Positions 1 to 7,809 of a stretch of DNA of 32,696 nucleotides are shown here, piece by piece; position 1 is the stretch's first letter, and every line of letters begins with the position of its first letter. Below the pieces are notes generated by a model that was not told the DNA's origin, searched no databases, and saw only the letters and a list, made by a program, of their open reading frames with translations. Position numbers and translations under genes: made by a program. Source of the DNA: a virus (lineage: Duplodnaviria > Caudoviricetes); the IMG/VR virus record IMGVR_UViG_3300044475_000307, positions 1-32,696 of that record. One strand, given 5' to 3'.

Positions 1-672
1 TCAGTCATCACGACCCATGATGCCAAACAACTGCAGCAGGCTGACAAACAGGTTGTAGATCGACACATACAGGCTGATGGTCGCCATGATGTAGTTACGC
101 TCACCACCGTGAATGATCGCGCTGGTCTGGAACAGGATGCAGACCGACGAGAACAGCACGAAGCCAGCGCTGATTGCCAGTTGCAGGCCGCTGATCTGGA
201 AGAAGAAGCTGGCAACGACAGCACCCAGCAAAACGAAGAAGCCAGCAGTGATGAAGCCGCTGAGGAAGCTCATGTCCTTGCGGGTGATCAGCACGTAGGC
301 CGACAGACCACCAAATACCAGCGCAGTCATGGCGAACGCGGAGCTCACTACCTCGGCGCCACCGGCCATGCCCAGGTAACGGTTGAGGATCGGGCCGAGG
401 ATGAAGCCCATGAAGCCGGTAAGCGCGAAGGTGGACACCAGGCCCCAGGCCGAATCACGCAGTTTGTTGGTAAGGAAGAACAGCCCGTAGAAGCCGATCA
501 GCACCACGAACACGTTCGGGTAGCCGACGCGCATCTGCTGGGCAACGAAAGCCATGACACCGCTGAAGGCGAGAGTAAGCGCCAGCAGGCTGTACGTGTT
601 GCGCAGGACCTTGCTGATCTCCTGCTGCTCGACCTGCTGGCCGTGGTGGACGGCATAATCCTGTTCGCGCAT
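1..672 (-). CDS. yccA: Bax inhibitor-1/YccA family inner membrane protein (host gene)
   Basis: 223-aa highly hydrophobic ORF with VLRNTYSLL, GGERNYIMAT and LYVSIYNLFVSLL motifs. Divergent from tRNA-Ser(TGA), as at the E. coli yccA-serT locus. Confidence 0.95.
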   Translation of the reverse strand: MREQDYAVHHGQQVEQQEISKVLRNTYSLLALTLAFSGVMAFVAQQMRVGYPNVFVVLIGFYGLFFLTNKLRDSAWGLVSTFALTGFMGFILGPILNRYLGMAGGAEVVSSAFAMTALVFGGLSAYVLITRKDMSFLSGFITAGFFVLLGAVVASFFFQISGLQLAISAGFVLFSSVCILFQTSAIIHGGERNYIMATISLYVSIYNLFVSLLQLFGIMGRDD

Positions 673-758
673 GGCGACACTCCTTGGTAAACCTGTGGTT
701 TCGGACGTTCAGATGCTAGGAGTCTACCATTGCTCCTGCAACCCGCGACACAGAGAGT

Positions 759-786
759 TTGACAGCGTGTTTCATTAAGGTATTAT
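759..786 (+). promoter_or_regulatory. sigma70 promoter of tRNA-Ser
   Basis: TTGACA (759-764), 16-bp spacer, TATTAT (781-786), then the GC-rich discriminator GGCGGCCGC, about 20 nt upstream of the tRNA. Confidence 0.8.
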
Positions 787-805
787 GGCGGCCGCAAAAC
801 GAGCT

Positions 806-893
806 GGAAGCGTGGCCGAGTGGTTTAAGGCAACGGTCTTGAAAACCGTCGATGGGCAACTATCCTAGAGTTCGAATCTCTACGCTTCCGCCA
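806..893 (+). tRNA. serT: tRNA-Ser (anticodon TGA)
   Basis: Acceptor stem GGAAGCG/CGCTTCC, anticodon arm ACGGT-CT-TGA-AA-ACCGT, long variable arm, T-arm TAGAG-TTCGAAT-CTCTA, discriminator G and encoded CCA. Confidence 0.97.
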
Positions 894-941
894 TATAAGT
901 GCCTGATTTCATTGATGTTTCTCTTAGGCGACCCCTCAAAA

Positions 942-969
942 GGGAACGTTTTGGGAACATTTTGGGAAT
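942..969 (+). repeat. Three 11-bp-period direct repeats (TTTTGGGAAY-like); putative integrase arm-type sites
   Basis: GGGAAC-gtttt-GGGAAC-atttt-GGGAAT between the tRNA and int. The function is inferred from position. Confidence 0.55.
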
Positions 970-976
970 GGCGGGC

Positions 977-1007
977 AAAAAGAAGGGGCCTTTACGGCCC
1001 CTTTTTT
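977..1007. terminator. Bidirectional rho-independent terminator between tRNA and int
   Basis: AAAAAGAAGGGGCC-tttac-GGCCCCTTTTTT: GC stem with an A-tract and a T-tract, between convergent genes. Confidence 0.85.
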
Positions 1008-1014
1008 CATTATC

Positions 1015-2184
1015 TCAGCTCAACTTGAGCGCCTGGTTCAACAATCCCACCACATCCGGTCCGTCCTCGCTGATCCACTTCGCATAGTGCCTGAAGATCA
1101 TGGCCGTCGAAGTGTGCCCCATCTGGTCCGCGATCCACTCTGGCGTGGCCAGTCCGCTGCTCAGCATTTGGCTAGCGAAGGTGTGCCGACAGGTGTTTGG
1201 CCCGCGCTGGCGAACACCGGCTTTCTCCAGGTGCGTGATCCACCACCCATGCCGCAGCACATCCGAAGAACGATACGGCTCTCCCATGGCGGTGTTGTGG
1301 AACACAAACCGCACGCGTTGCTCGCGGATCGTCCGATTGTCACGATCAACGACCTCGATCAACTCCGCCGGCAGATTCCTGGTGAACTGTTCCTGCATCT
1401 GCAACGCGCGAAGGGCGGGCGCGAGCAGCTTGACCTTGCGCGTGGAGCGCCGGGTCTTGGTCACTTTGTACTGCCCCGCGACTCGTGCACGGCGAATCTC
1501 AACGGTACCGGCGGCCAGATCGACGTCCTCCCAGGCCAGGGCAATCGCTTCGCTGACCCTCGGGCCCGACCAGATCATGTACTGCGACAGGTTGATTTCC
1601 TGCTGTCTATCGGTCGGAAATCCAAGAATCGCGTCGATCTCTTCCCGGGTGAACGGATCGGGATCGTCAGCATCCGGTAGAGAAATCGTGATGCCATCGG
1701 TAGGGTCGAACGCCGATCGGTTCCGCGTGCGGTATAGACGAAAGATCTGCCGCAGGTGGCTGACGATTTCCCGCACGGTCTTGTTGTGCAGCTCGGGCAT
1801 CAGCACGGACTGAACCCAGCGCTGAATATCCAAGTGGTCGATCCGGTCAGCTTGCAGAGCACCCCAGCGCGGTCGAATGTGCTTCTCGGTACGGCTGCGG
1901 TACATGGCGAATCCACTGGCCGCCATCTGGTTGCGTTTGATCTCAAGCCACAGGTCGATGTAATGGCCCAGCGTGTTGGTCTTGATCCGAGGAGAATCCG
2001 GGAAGTGTCGGGCATAGCTGAACGTCCCAGCCTCGATTTCATAGTTGATGATCCCGACCAGCCTCTCGGCGTTGGTCAGGTTCGCGGGCGAGGCGTTGCC
2101 GGGGAGCGTCTCCCGGCACAGCTCGCCCTGGTAACGGAAATACACGCGGACGTGATTGCCGCGTACTTCGACTCCATCTGCCAT
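1015..2184 (-). CDS. int: Tyrosine recombinase/phage integrase with N-terminal arm-binding domain
   Basis: Catalytic motifs SGPRVSE (R), RHTFAS, QMGH, and Y in FRHYAKW. N-terminal GVEVRG..VRVYFRY beta domain. Start ATG 2184 (MADGVEVRG) preferred; GTG 2196 possible. Confidence 0.95.
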   Translation of the reverse strand: MADGVEVRGNHVRVYFRYQGELCRETLPGNASPANLTNAERLVGIINYEIEAGTFSYARHFPDSPRIKTNTLGHYIDLWLEIKRNQMAASGFAMYRSRTEKHIRPRWGALQADRIDHLDIQRWVQSVLMPELHNKTVREIVSHLRQIFRLYRTRNRSAFDPTDGITISLPDADDPDPFTREEIDAILGFPTDRQQEINLSQYMIWSGPRVSEAIALAWEDVDLAAGTVEIRRARVAGQYKVTKTRRSTRKVKLLAPALRALQMQEQFTRNLPAELIEVVDRDNRTIREQRVRFVFHNTAMGEPYRSSDVLRHGWWITHLEKAGVRQRGPNTCRHTFASQMLSSGLATPEWIADQMGHTSTAMIFRHYAKWISEDGPDVVGLLNQALKLS

Positions 2185-2206
2185 TTGCTTTGCCACTCAG
2201 AACAAA

Positions 2207-2258
2207 ATTACGGCCCAGTGTATGGGCCGTGATCAAAGAAAGGCCCATTGCAGGACCT
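2207..2258 (-). terminator. Two tandem terminator-like hairpins upstream of int
   Basis: Minus strand: AGGTCC-tgcaat-GGGCCT-ttcttt (2235-2258) and ATCACGGCCCA-tacac-TGGGCCGTAAT-tttgtt (2207-2233). Confidence 0.5.
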
Positions 2259-2307
2259 AGAAGATGTAAGCCAAGTTTCTGGCTATTTGTGTCTAGGACA
2301 GGAGCGG

Positions 2308-2531
2308 TCAGCGGCCATAACGCCGGTTACCCTGAACTCTTTTGGCGGTGATGTTTTCCATATATTTCGCCCATTCAGCGGTTTTGCGTTGTTGGCGGAT
2401 CTGGCTACAAATGGCGTGTGTGCGGGTCGCACGATACTTTCCGCAAATATCGCACAGGTTTGGCAGATCCAGAGGCAGTGGGGGATGTGGTAGCGCTGTG
2501 CAGCGCTGGCCTTGGGGTTTTGTACTTGCAT
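2308..2531 (-). pseudogene. Small early phage protein with CxxC..H..C motif, apparently frameshifted
   Basis: The ATG at 2531 has an RBS (AAGGAAAAGCACC-ATG) and reads MQVQNPKASAAQRY. The protein-like segment LDLPNLCDICGK..THAICSQIRQQRK..WAKYM is in another frame (ORF 2308..2583). A 5-nt C run near 2480-2484 marks the likely switch. Confidence 0.45.
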
Positions 2532-2607
2532 GGTGCTTTTCCTTAGGTTGGTCAGGTGCTGGGGAGTTGCCGCTCCCCAGCACCTTCTTTTTCCGGCCTG
2601 GCCGGTG

Positions 2608-2718
2608 TCAGCTGAGGCGGTACTCCGTGGCACCGCGTGACAAGTCGTAGCCGCGTGGCGTAGCCCAGACTTCGAAGGCGAATAGCAATTCCAGATTCTC
2701 AGCGGGTTGGTCGTTCAT
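2608..2718 (-). CDS. 36-aa early phage ORF (possibly truncated), not in the ORF track
   Basis: AGGAGAAGCGCC-ATG; translates MNDQPAENLELLFAFEVWATPRGYDLSRGATEYRLS*. Confidence 0.55.
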   Translation of the reverse strand: MNDQPAENLELLFAFEVWATPRGYDLSRGATEYRLS

Positions 2719-2765
2719 GGCGCTTCTCCTCGGATACCCAGGCTTTGCGGCGCCCGGGCAGTACA

Positions 2766-2909
2766 TCAATGGAGCAGGGTGGTCAGCAGATCAGGGACGG
2801 CGTAGCCAACCGCCGTCAGCAGGGCCAAAGTCAGTCCGGTGGCCAGCAAAGTGGTTAGCGTTTCGCGCCGACTGGGGTGGTACGGCTCATCATGGTCCTC
2901 ATTGCGCAT
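2766..2909 (-). CDS. 47-aa small membrane protein, not in the ORF track
   Basis: AAGGAGAAGCACC-ATG; MRNEDHDEPYHPSRRETLTTLLATGLTLALLTAVGYAVPDLLTTLLH*, with one C-terminal hydrophobic helix. Confidence 0.7.
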   Translation of the reverse strand: MRNEDHDEPYHPSRRETLTTLLATGLTLALLTAVGYAVPDLLTTLLH

Positions 2910-2958
2910 GGTGCTTCTCCTTGTGTTGATACCTGGGCGTTGCCGCGCCCGAGTAGGG

Positions 2959-5700
2959 TTAGCTGGCCTTGAAGGTCCAGCACTTCACCGTAGTGCTGCG
3001 CTGATTCGCAGCGTTGTTGCGGTTGTTGAAGGCGGCGCGCACGGCGCTATCGACGGCTCGATTGCTTTCAATGAATGGCCGTGACCGGCTGTTGCGCAGC
3101 AGGGTGCGCAAGGTGGCCACGTCGGCCAGCTTTTGTTTGTGCTCGGCGGCTCGCTCGCAGAAGTCATTGAGGTTGATGGCGACCAGGTCGTCTTTTTTAC
3201 TGTGGTTGACCACAGGTTCATCACTGAGCGATTCCAGGTACTCGAACACCTCCCAGAACTCGGCTACTTCCTTCGGATCAGCGTTTACGTCGTGTTGGCG
3301 GGCAACGGCCATGCAGGTCAGCTCACGCTGAACGGCTGCATACTGGCGATCGTTCATCGGAACAATTTCCCTCAGCGCGTCTACCAGAGCCATAAGCTGG
3401 GCGTGGTTCTTGATGAGGCGCTCGATGCGGATTTCGCGCAGCTCCCGTAGGGCTTGCTCATGCACTTTGACCAGCTTGCGAAACGTCTCCATGACCTGTT
3501 GCTCGGCCTTGGCCGCCATCAGCAGAAAGTGACTGACTTCGCTGGCCTGCAGGTGGTTGAGGTTGTCGGCTGCGGCGCGGCTGTTGCTAGTGACCTCCGG
3601 GCGAACAAAATGCAGCTTCACGATACGGGTGAGGATTGCCTCGGATGCCGCCACGCTGGCGTTCTGGCTGAACACCATGGTTGCGCGAAAGGGGGGAGCG
3701 TTGGTGTCGTTGCCACCATTCTTCACGCCGGTGAGGCGGAGGCCGCGACCGTTGAACAAGGGCTTGAACTGGTCGAAGTCAAACGTCTTGCCCGCCGAGC
3801 CCTCGGCATCGCTGCGGTCAGCTTCCAGCATGACGATAGGCATGCCGGCGGTCTGGCTTAGCCAGCGGCGCAGGCCGGCCTTGGTCATCTTGATCGGGTC
3901 GTCGCCTTCCTCGTCCTGACGGCCGAGCAGCTTCCACAGGAACATCAGCAGGGTGGACTTACCGGCACCGGCCTCACCGGTCACTTCCAGGAAAGGGAAG
4001 GACTGGAATTCGGCGCGAATCTGTTCGGCGAACAGCGAGCCGAACCAGAAGGCGAGAGCTATCACGCCCTGGGTGTTGAAACAGGTCCACAGCCAGTTGA
4101 ACCACTCGGCTTGGTAGGCGGAGGCATCACGGTTGATCTCCAGCTTGATCGACTTTTGCAGCGACTTCAGGCGCAGGCCCTTAAACTCGAAATAGTCCTC
4201 GGCGTTGGCCTGCTCAAGCACCCCGCCGCGCACGGCCAAGTCACCGAACACGTAGCAGCCGTGCTCTTTGCTGTAGCCGATGTAGTCGATGGTTTTCACC
4301 GTCTTCAGCCCGAACAGCTGGTTCTGCATGATGCGATCGAGCTGGGAGCCGGTGCCGGTAAACACCGCACCCGCCGCCATACCGAGCAGGCGTTTCTTGA
4401 ACTCGCTGGCAGCGGCCACCTGGCCACCGGTGAAAGTGTTCAGGACACTCGGTTCGTCATGCGGGAAGTCGACGCGAAAGTAGTACCAGGACTCGTCCGT
4501 CACTTCATTGCGCTGGAAGTACAGCGCCTGTGGGTTGCAGTTGGCGATCTCTATTACCGCGCCGCACTGGCGCAGAGCCTTATCACGGCGTTGCTTGTCG
4601 TTGAGCAACACGTCTTCGTGGCGCTCGGATTCCTCCAGGTGCTGCATGGACTTGTTGAACTTGTCCAGGTCCATCTTGAACCAGTAGAGGCGGTTCTCGA
4701 ACGTGAAGTGAAACTCATGGCGCTCACGCCACTCGTACATCAGCGCGCCCTTCTCGGCAGCGGACTCGGCCAAAAGCAGGCTGCCGTGGTGACGGGCTTC
4801 ACGAATGTCACGATCAACCTGGTCGAGGCGTTTGGCGGTGTCGTCGACGAAGGCCCAGCGTTGATGCAGGTCGTTCCAGTCGACCTTGCGGCCACGCTGC
4901 GGAATCTGCGCAGCCTCACATTTGTAGCCGAGCTCGCGGGCAAGGTTGGCGTGCTTACGAGTGAAGAAGTGTGCGCCGGGCTCATTGTCCAGTCCCCAGA
5001 CCAACGTGGGTAGTTTCTTGCCAGCGTTGGTACAGGACGTGGCCAGTGCCTTGAGTGACTCGAAAGGGAATGCACCCGAGCTCATTGCCGCCACAGCATC
5101 AAGGCCGTTGTGCAGCAAGGCAATAGCGTCGAAAACACCTTCCACGATCCACAGTTCCTGGACTTCCAGCAGGTCCAGTCCGGGTGGGCACCACCAGTAG
5201 CCCTTGGGCGACTGGCCAGGGGCGAAGCGGGCTTTCTTCTTGCCGAATCGATGCGGTTGATCGATCAGGCGCTCCCAATAGCCACCTTTTTCCAGGGAAA
5301 ACCGCACTGTCGCGCTGCCAATGCCAAGCTCACGATCCCAATAGTTTTCTTGGGAGTACCACCCCTTGACGAGGCTCAGGTCGAATCCTCGGGCGAATTG
5401 TAGATAGGCGTCGGCAGAGGCGCGGGGAGCCTCCTGGGTAGACGGATAGCGTTTGCTGTAATCGTCGAACAGGTCGTCGAACAGCTCTTTGACGTGCCAT
5501 TGCTCGCCGCACTTGCTCTCGCGACCGCACTTGATGAACCAGGGTTCATCCTGGCGCGAGTACAGCTCCTTCTTGCCGCAACTCGGGCAAGTGCCCTGGC
5601 GGAGGTACTGCGTGCCTGCCCGGGGCTTCAGCCCGTATTGATCCTGAAGGCGCCGCAGTACCTCGCTGCGCAGTTGGTGCTCCATCGGCTTATGGTTCAC
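2959..5700 (-). CDS. Primase-helicase replication protein (Zn finger + TOPRIM + P-loop NTPase)
   Basis: N-terminal CPSC...C....C, TOPRIM motifs WIVEGVFD and GLDNE, Walker A GEAGAGKS; 913 aa. Confidence 0.9.
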   Translation of the reverse strand: MNHKPMEHQLRSEVLRRLQDQYGLKPRAGTQYLRQGTCPSCGKKELYSRQDEPWFIKCGRESKCGEQWHVKELFDDLFDDYSKRYPSTQEAPRASADAYLQFARGFDLSLVKGWYSQENYWDRELGIGSATVRFSLEKGGYWERLIDQPHRFGKKKARFAPGQSPKGYWWCPPGLDLLEVQELWIVEGVFDAIALLHNGLDAVAAMSSGAFPFESLKALATSCTNAGKKLPTLVWGLDNEPGAHFFTRKHANLARELGYKCEAAQIPQRGRKVDWNDLHQRWAFVDDTAKRLDQVDRDIREARHHGSLLLAESAAEKGALMYEWRERHEFHFTFENRLYWFKMDLDKFNKSMQHLEESERHEDVLLNDKQRRDKALRQCGAVIEIANCNPQALYFQRNEVTDESWYYFRVDFPHDEPSVLNTFTGGQVAAASEFKKRLLGMAAGAVFTGTGSQLDRIMQNQLFGLKTVKTIDYIGYSKEHGCYVFGDLAVRGGVLEQANAEDYFEFKGLRLKSLQKSIKLEINRDASAYQAEWFNWLWTCFNTQGVIALAFWFGSLFAEQIRAEFQSFPFLEVTGEAGAGKSTLLMFLWKLLGRQDEEGDDPIKMTKAGLRRWLSQTAGMPIVMLEADRSDAEGSAGKTFDFDQFKPLFNGRGLRLTGVKNGGNDTNAPPFRATMVFSQNASVAASEAILTRIVKLHFVRPEVTSNSRAAADNLNHLQASEVSHFLLMAAKAEQQVMETFRKLVKVHEQALRELREIRIERLIKNHAQLMALVDALREIVPMNDRQYAAVQRELTCMAVARQHDVNADPKEVAEFWEVFEYLESLSDEPVVNHSKKDDLVAINLNDFCERAAEHKQKLADVATLRTLLRNSRSRPFIESNRAVDSAVRAAFNNRNNAANQRSTTVKCWTFKAS

Positions 5701-5951
5701 TGTGCACGCTCCGTCGCGCAGGCATCGAGCTGCTTCTTTAACTCACTGCGAGTGCGGCAGATGCCGGCAAGGTGCGGTAGATCGAGCAGCACCTTGGGAC
5801 CGCGCTCGCCACTGGGCACATGGCGATAGCGATCGGAGTACCAGACTTCGGCCATGGTGGTTTCGTACTGGCTGTTGAGCCACTGCAGGTAGTGCTTCGC
5901 CTGCTGCTCGTTCAGCTTCAGTTGGAGGGTGATCTTGCTCATTTCGGCCAC
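5697..5951 (-). CDS. Hypothetical early phage protein
   Basis: 84-aa ORF whose stop overlaps the primase start (ATGA). Confidence 0.75.
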   Translation of the reverse strand: MAEMSKITLQLKLNEQQAKHYLQWLNSQYETTMAEVWYSDRYRHVPSGERGPKVLLDLPHLAGICRTRSELKKQLDACATERAQ

Positions 5952-6012
5952 CGGTTAGATGCAGTTTCCCCTTACCCACGCAAATCGGGGCATCAGGAGG
6001 GGTTTGATCGGG

Positions 6013-6387
6013 TTACTTCGAGGTGTTCAGCGGTTGCCGTATGCGCCGAGGTAGGTTGCGCGCCGGCACCTGGTGGCGCACTTGAGTGTCGGTATCGAGC
6101 AGGATCAGACGTGCCCGGAAGATCCCGTTGGTAGCGCATACACCCAGGAGCCGCAAGCGCCCGGTGGTCTCGCTTTCGAACTCGGCGACTGCCAACTCGA
6201 CGATGCGTTGCACCAGATGCTCGGGGACCTCAAGTGACTGGCACAGGTATTGAGTGCAGTTCTCCAGCACCTGATGGTCACCGGCGAGGTGTAGGCCTTC
6301 CCGACGGAACAGGAAGGCCACGGCCGCCTGCTGCATTGCAGCGCGGTAGTCGGTTTCGGGATTCAAGGTCAGGGCTACGGCGTTCAT
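6013..6387 (-). CDS. Hypothetical early phage protein
   Basis: 124-aa ORF coupled to ogr by an ATGA overlap, with a GGAGG RBS. Confidence 0.8.
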   Translation of the reverse strand: MNAVALTLNPETDYRAAMQQAAVAFLFRREGLHLAGDHQVLENCTQYLCQSLEVPEHLVQRIVELAVAEFESETTGRLRLLGVCATNGIFRARLILLDTDTQVRHQVPARNLPRRIRQPLNTSK

Positions 6388-6677
6388 GCGGTGGCTACCT
6401 CCATGTCCAGTTGGTCCAGCAGATCGGGCTGATCTTCGGCGGACTTCATCGCCTGACGACGCATCACTACCGGAGCGACCGGCAACTGCACAGCCGGGTT
6501 GGCCATGCCGCTCGGGCTCATTTCGTGAGTCATTTCAAACTGGGCGCGTACTGACCAACCGCAAGCCTCGTTGGTGCATTGCAGGTAGGCGACGCGAAGG
6601 AAAATATGCGTGCCTTCGCTGGTGCGGATTCGCATGCGTTGGTTGCAGTGAGGGCAGACGAGCTTGTAGGTGCTCAC
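6384..6677 (-). CDS. ogr: Ogr/Delta-like zinc-finger late transcription activator
   Basis: CPHC...RIRTS...YLQCTNEACG four-Cys signature. Confidence 0.92.
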   Translation of the reverse strand: MSTYKLVCPHCNQRMRIRTSEGTHIFLRVAYLQCTNEACGWSVRAQFEMTHEMSPSGMANPAVQLPVAPVVMRRQAMKSAEDQPDLLDQLDMEVATA

Positions 6678-7147
6678 TGGACACCCCCTTCACTGTGCAG
6701 TTGGATGGTGGCAATAACCTCGGCATGGCGAGCAGCTTGGTACTGGCGGTGCGCCTGCAGGATGGCCTTGGCTTCATCCTCTTCAATGACGTTATCGGCA
6801 AGGGCTTTGGCGATGATCTGGTCGACTACACCACGCTTCGCAGCAGTGTTCACCGAACGGGTATACAGCTCGACATTGTCCAGGGTCTCTGGCGTGGCCA
6901 GTGGCACATACATGCCACCGTAGAGGCTGGAAATGAATTCGGGCAGCAGCGTTGTGCCGGCATCACGCTCCAGCAAGTGGATTTGGTCGTAGGTCAGCGG
7001 GCGGCTGCCGGCGTTCTCGTAGACACGGTTGTCGAACTGTTTCAACTCATAGCCGAGGCGAGCAGACGCGCATTCGCGACCACCCGGATAAGCGCATACA
7101 ACGGCGCTTACCACCTGGCGCAGGGTTTCTAGAACGGGTCGCTTCAT
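6674..7147 (-). CDS. Phage regulatory protein, CII/YmfL-like
   Basis: YPGG..A.A.LG..FDNR.YE N-terminus, and a position between the cro-like gene and ogr. Confidence 0.75.
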   Translation of the reverse strand: MKRPVLETLRQVVSAVVCAYPGGRECASARLGYELKQFDNRVYENAGSRPLTYDQIHLLERDAGTTLLPEFISSLYGGMYVPLATPETLDNVELYTRSVNTAAKRGVVDQIIAKALADNVIEEDEAKAILQAHRQYQAARHAEVIATIQLHSEGGVQ

Positions 7148-7176
7148 GTTCTGGTTTCCTCCATGAGCCAGGGGGC

Positions 7177-7389
7177 TTAACTTGTGGGCGAGCCGTCTTT
7201 GATGCCGAGCAGCACGGCGGCGCGGTGGGCTTCACCACGCAGGCATTTCTTCTGCCCAAGAAGAACGGCATAAACCGTGCTCGGATGAAAATTGTGTTGA
7301 AGCGCGAACGCCTTCACCGAAATTCCTTGTTGTTCAAGGCGTTTACGGGCATCTCTGCAGGCTTGCTCGTGAATACAGGTGGCGTGCAT
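7177..7389 (-). CDS. Cro/Ner-like HTH DNA-binding protein (BcepMu gp16-like)
   Basis: From ATG 7389: GISVKAFA...TVYAVLLGQKKCLRGEAHRAAVLLGIK. First gene of the lytic operon, divergent from the repressor. Confidence 0.85.
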   Translation of the reverse strand: MHATCIHEQACRDARKRLEQQGISVKAFALQHNFHPSTVYAVLLGQKKCLRGEAHRAAVLLGIKDGSPTS

Positions 7390-7396
7390 AGTGGTT

Positions 7397-7480
7397 AATC
7401 GTGCAATTTCGTGTAGGGGTATGCGAAGGATGATGCACGATTGTTCATTTGTAAATAGGCGAGAGGAACGTTTGTGCATC
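7397..7480. promoter_or_regulatory. Lysis-lysogeny switch: early promoter and putative operators
   Basis: Minus-strand TTTACA (7450-7455)-17 bp-CATCCT (7427-7432). Inverted copies of GATGCAC-N4-GTTC at 7432-7446 and 7466-7480. AATCGTGCA/TGCACGATT inverted repeat (7397-7405, 7434-7442). Confidence 0.6.
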
Positions 7481-7806
7481 TTTCTGAAGAAATAGGTGCG
7501 CGCCTTCAATCCGAGCGTAAGCGTCTCAATCTCAATCAAGATCAATTTTCGGCCATTGTTGGGGTCTCCAAGCGGACTCTGGCCAGCTACGAGGCTGGTG
7601 CTCGCGAAGCGGGGGCGGTGCTGCTCAATCTCGCAGCATCAGCAGGTGTGGATGTCTTGTTCGTACTTACAGGGCAGCGTCTACCTGTCGGTGAGCACGT
7701 ATTGGCCGAAGAAGAGATGGAGATCGTGAGTCGCGTCAGAGAACTGGGCGATGAGGACAAAGGTGCGCTCAAGCGCTTACTGATGGCCTTTGGCCGGAGG
7801 CCGTAG
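7474..7806 (+). CDS. CI-like XRE-family HTH repressor (no S24 autocleavage domain)
   Basis: IGARLQSERKRLNLNQDQFS..VGVSKRTLASYEAG HTH; GTG start with GAGAGG RBS; 110 aa; divergent from the cro-like gene. Confidence 0.9.
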   Translation: MHLSEEIGARLQSERKRLNLNQDQFSAIVGVSKRTLASYEAGAREAGAVLLNLAASAGVDVLFVLTGQRLPVGEHVLAEEEMEIVSRVRELGDEDKGALKRLLMAFGRRP

Positions 7807-7809
7807 GGA

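Larger units (their letters stand above)
2529..2955 (-). repeat. Three repeated hairpin + RBS units preceding the small early ORFs
   Basis: Hairpins at 2554-2585, 2737-2758 and 2930-2955. Minus-strand loops are GCGGCAAC, GCCGCAAA and GCGGCAAC, each followed by AGGA(G/A)AAGC(A/G)CC-ATG. Confidence 0.75.

Noticed and set aside
2529-2955. Repeated hairpins read as a CRISPR or integron attC array
   Set aside because: Stems differ in sequence, spacing is irregular at about 190 bp, the intervening DNA is coding, and there are no cas genes or attC R-box pattern.
7390-7545. Long 122-aa version of the cro-like ORF
   Set aside because: It would overlap the switch region and the cI start. ATG 7389 gives a typical 70-aa protein.
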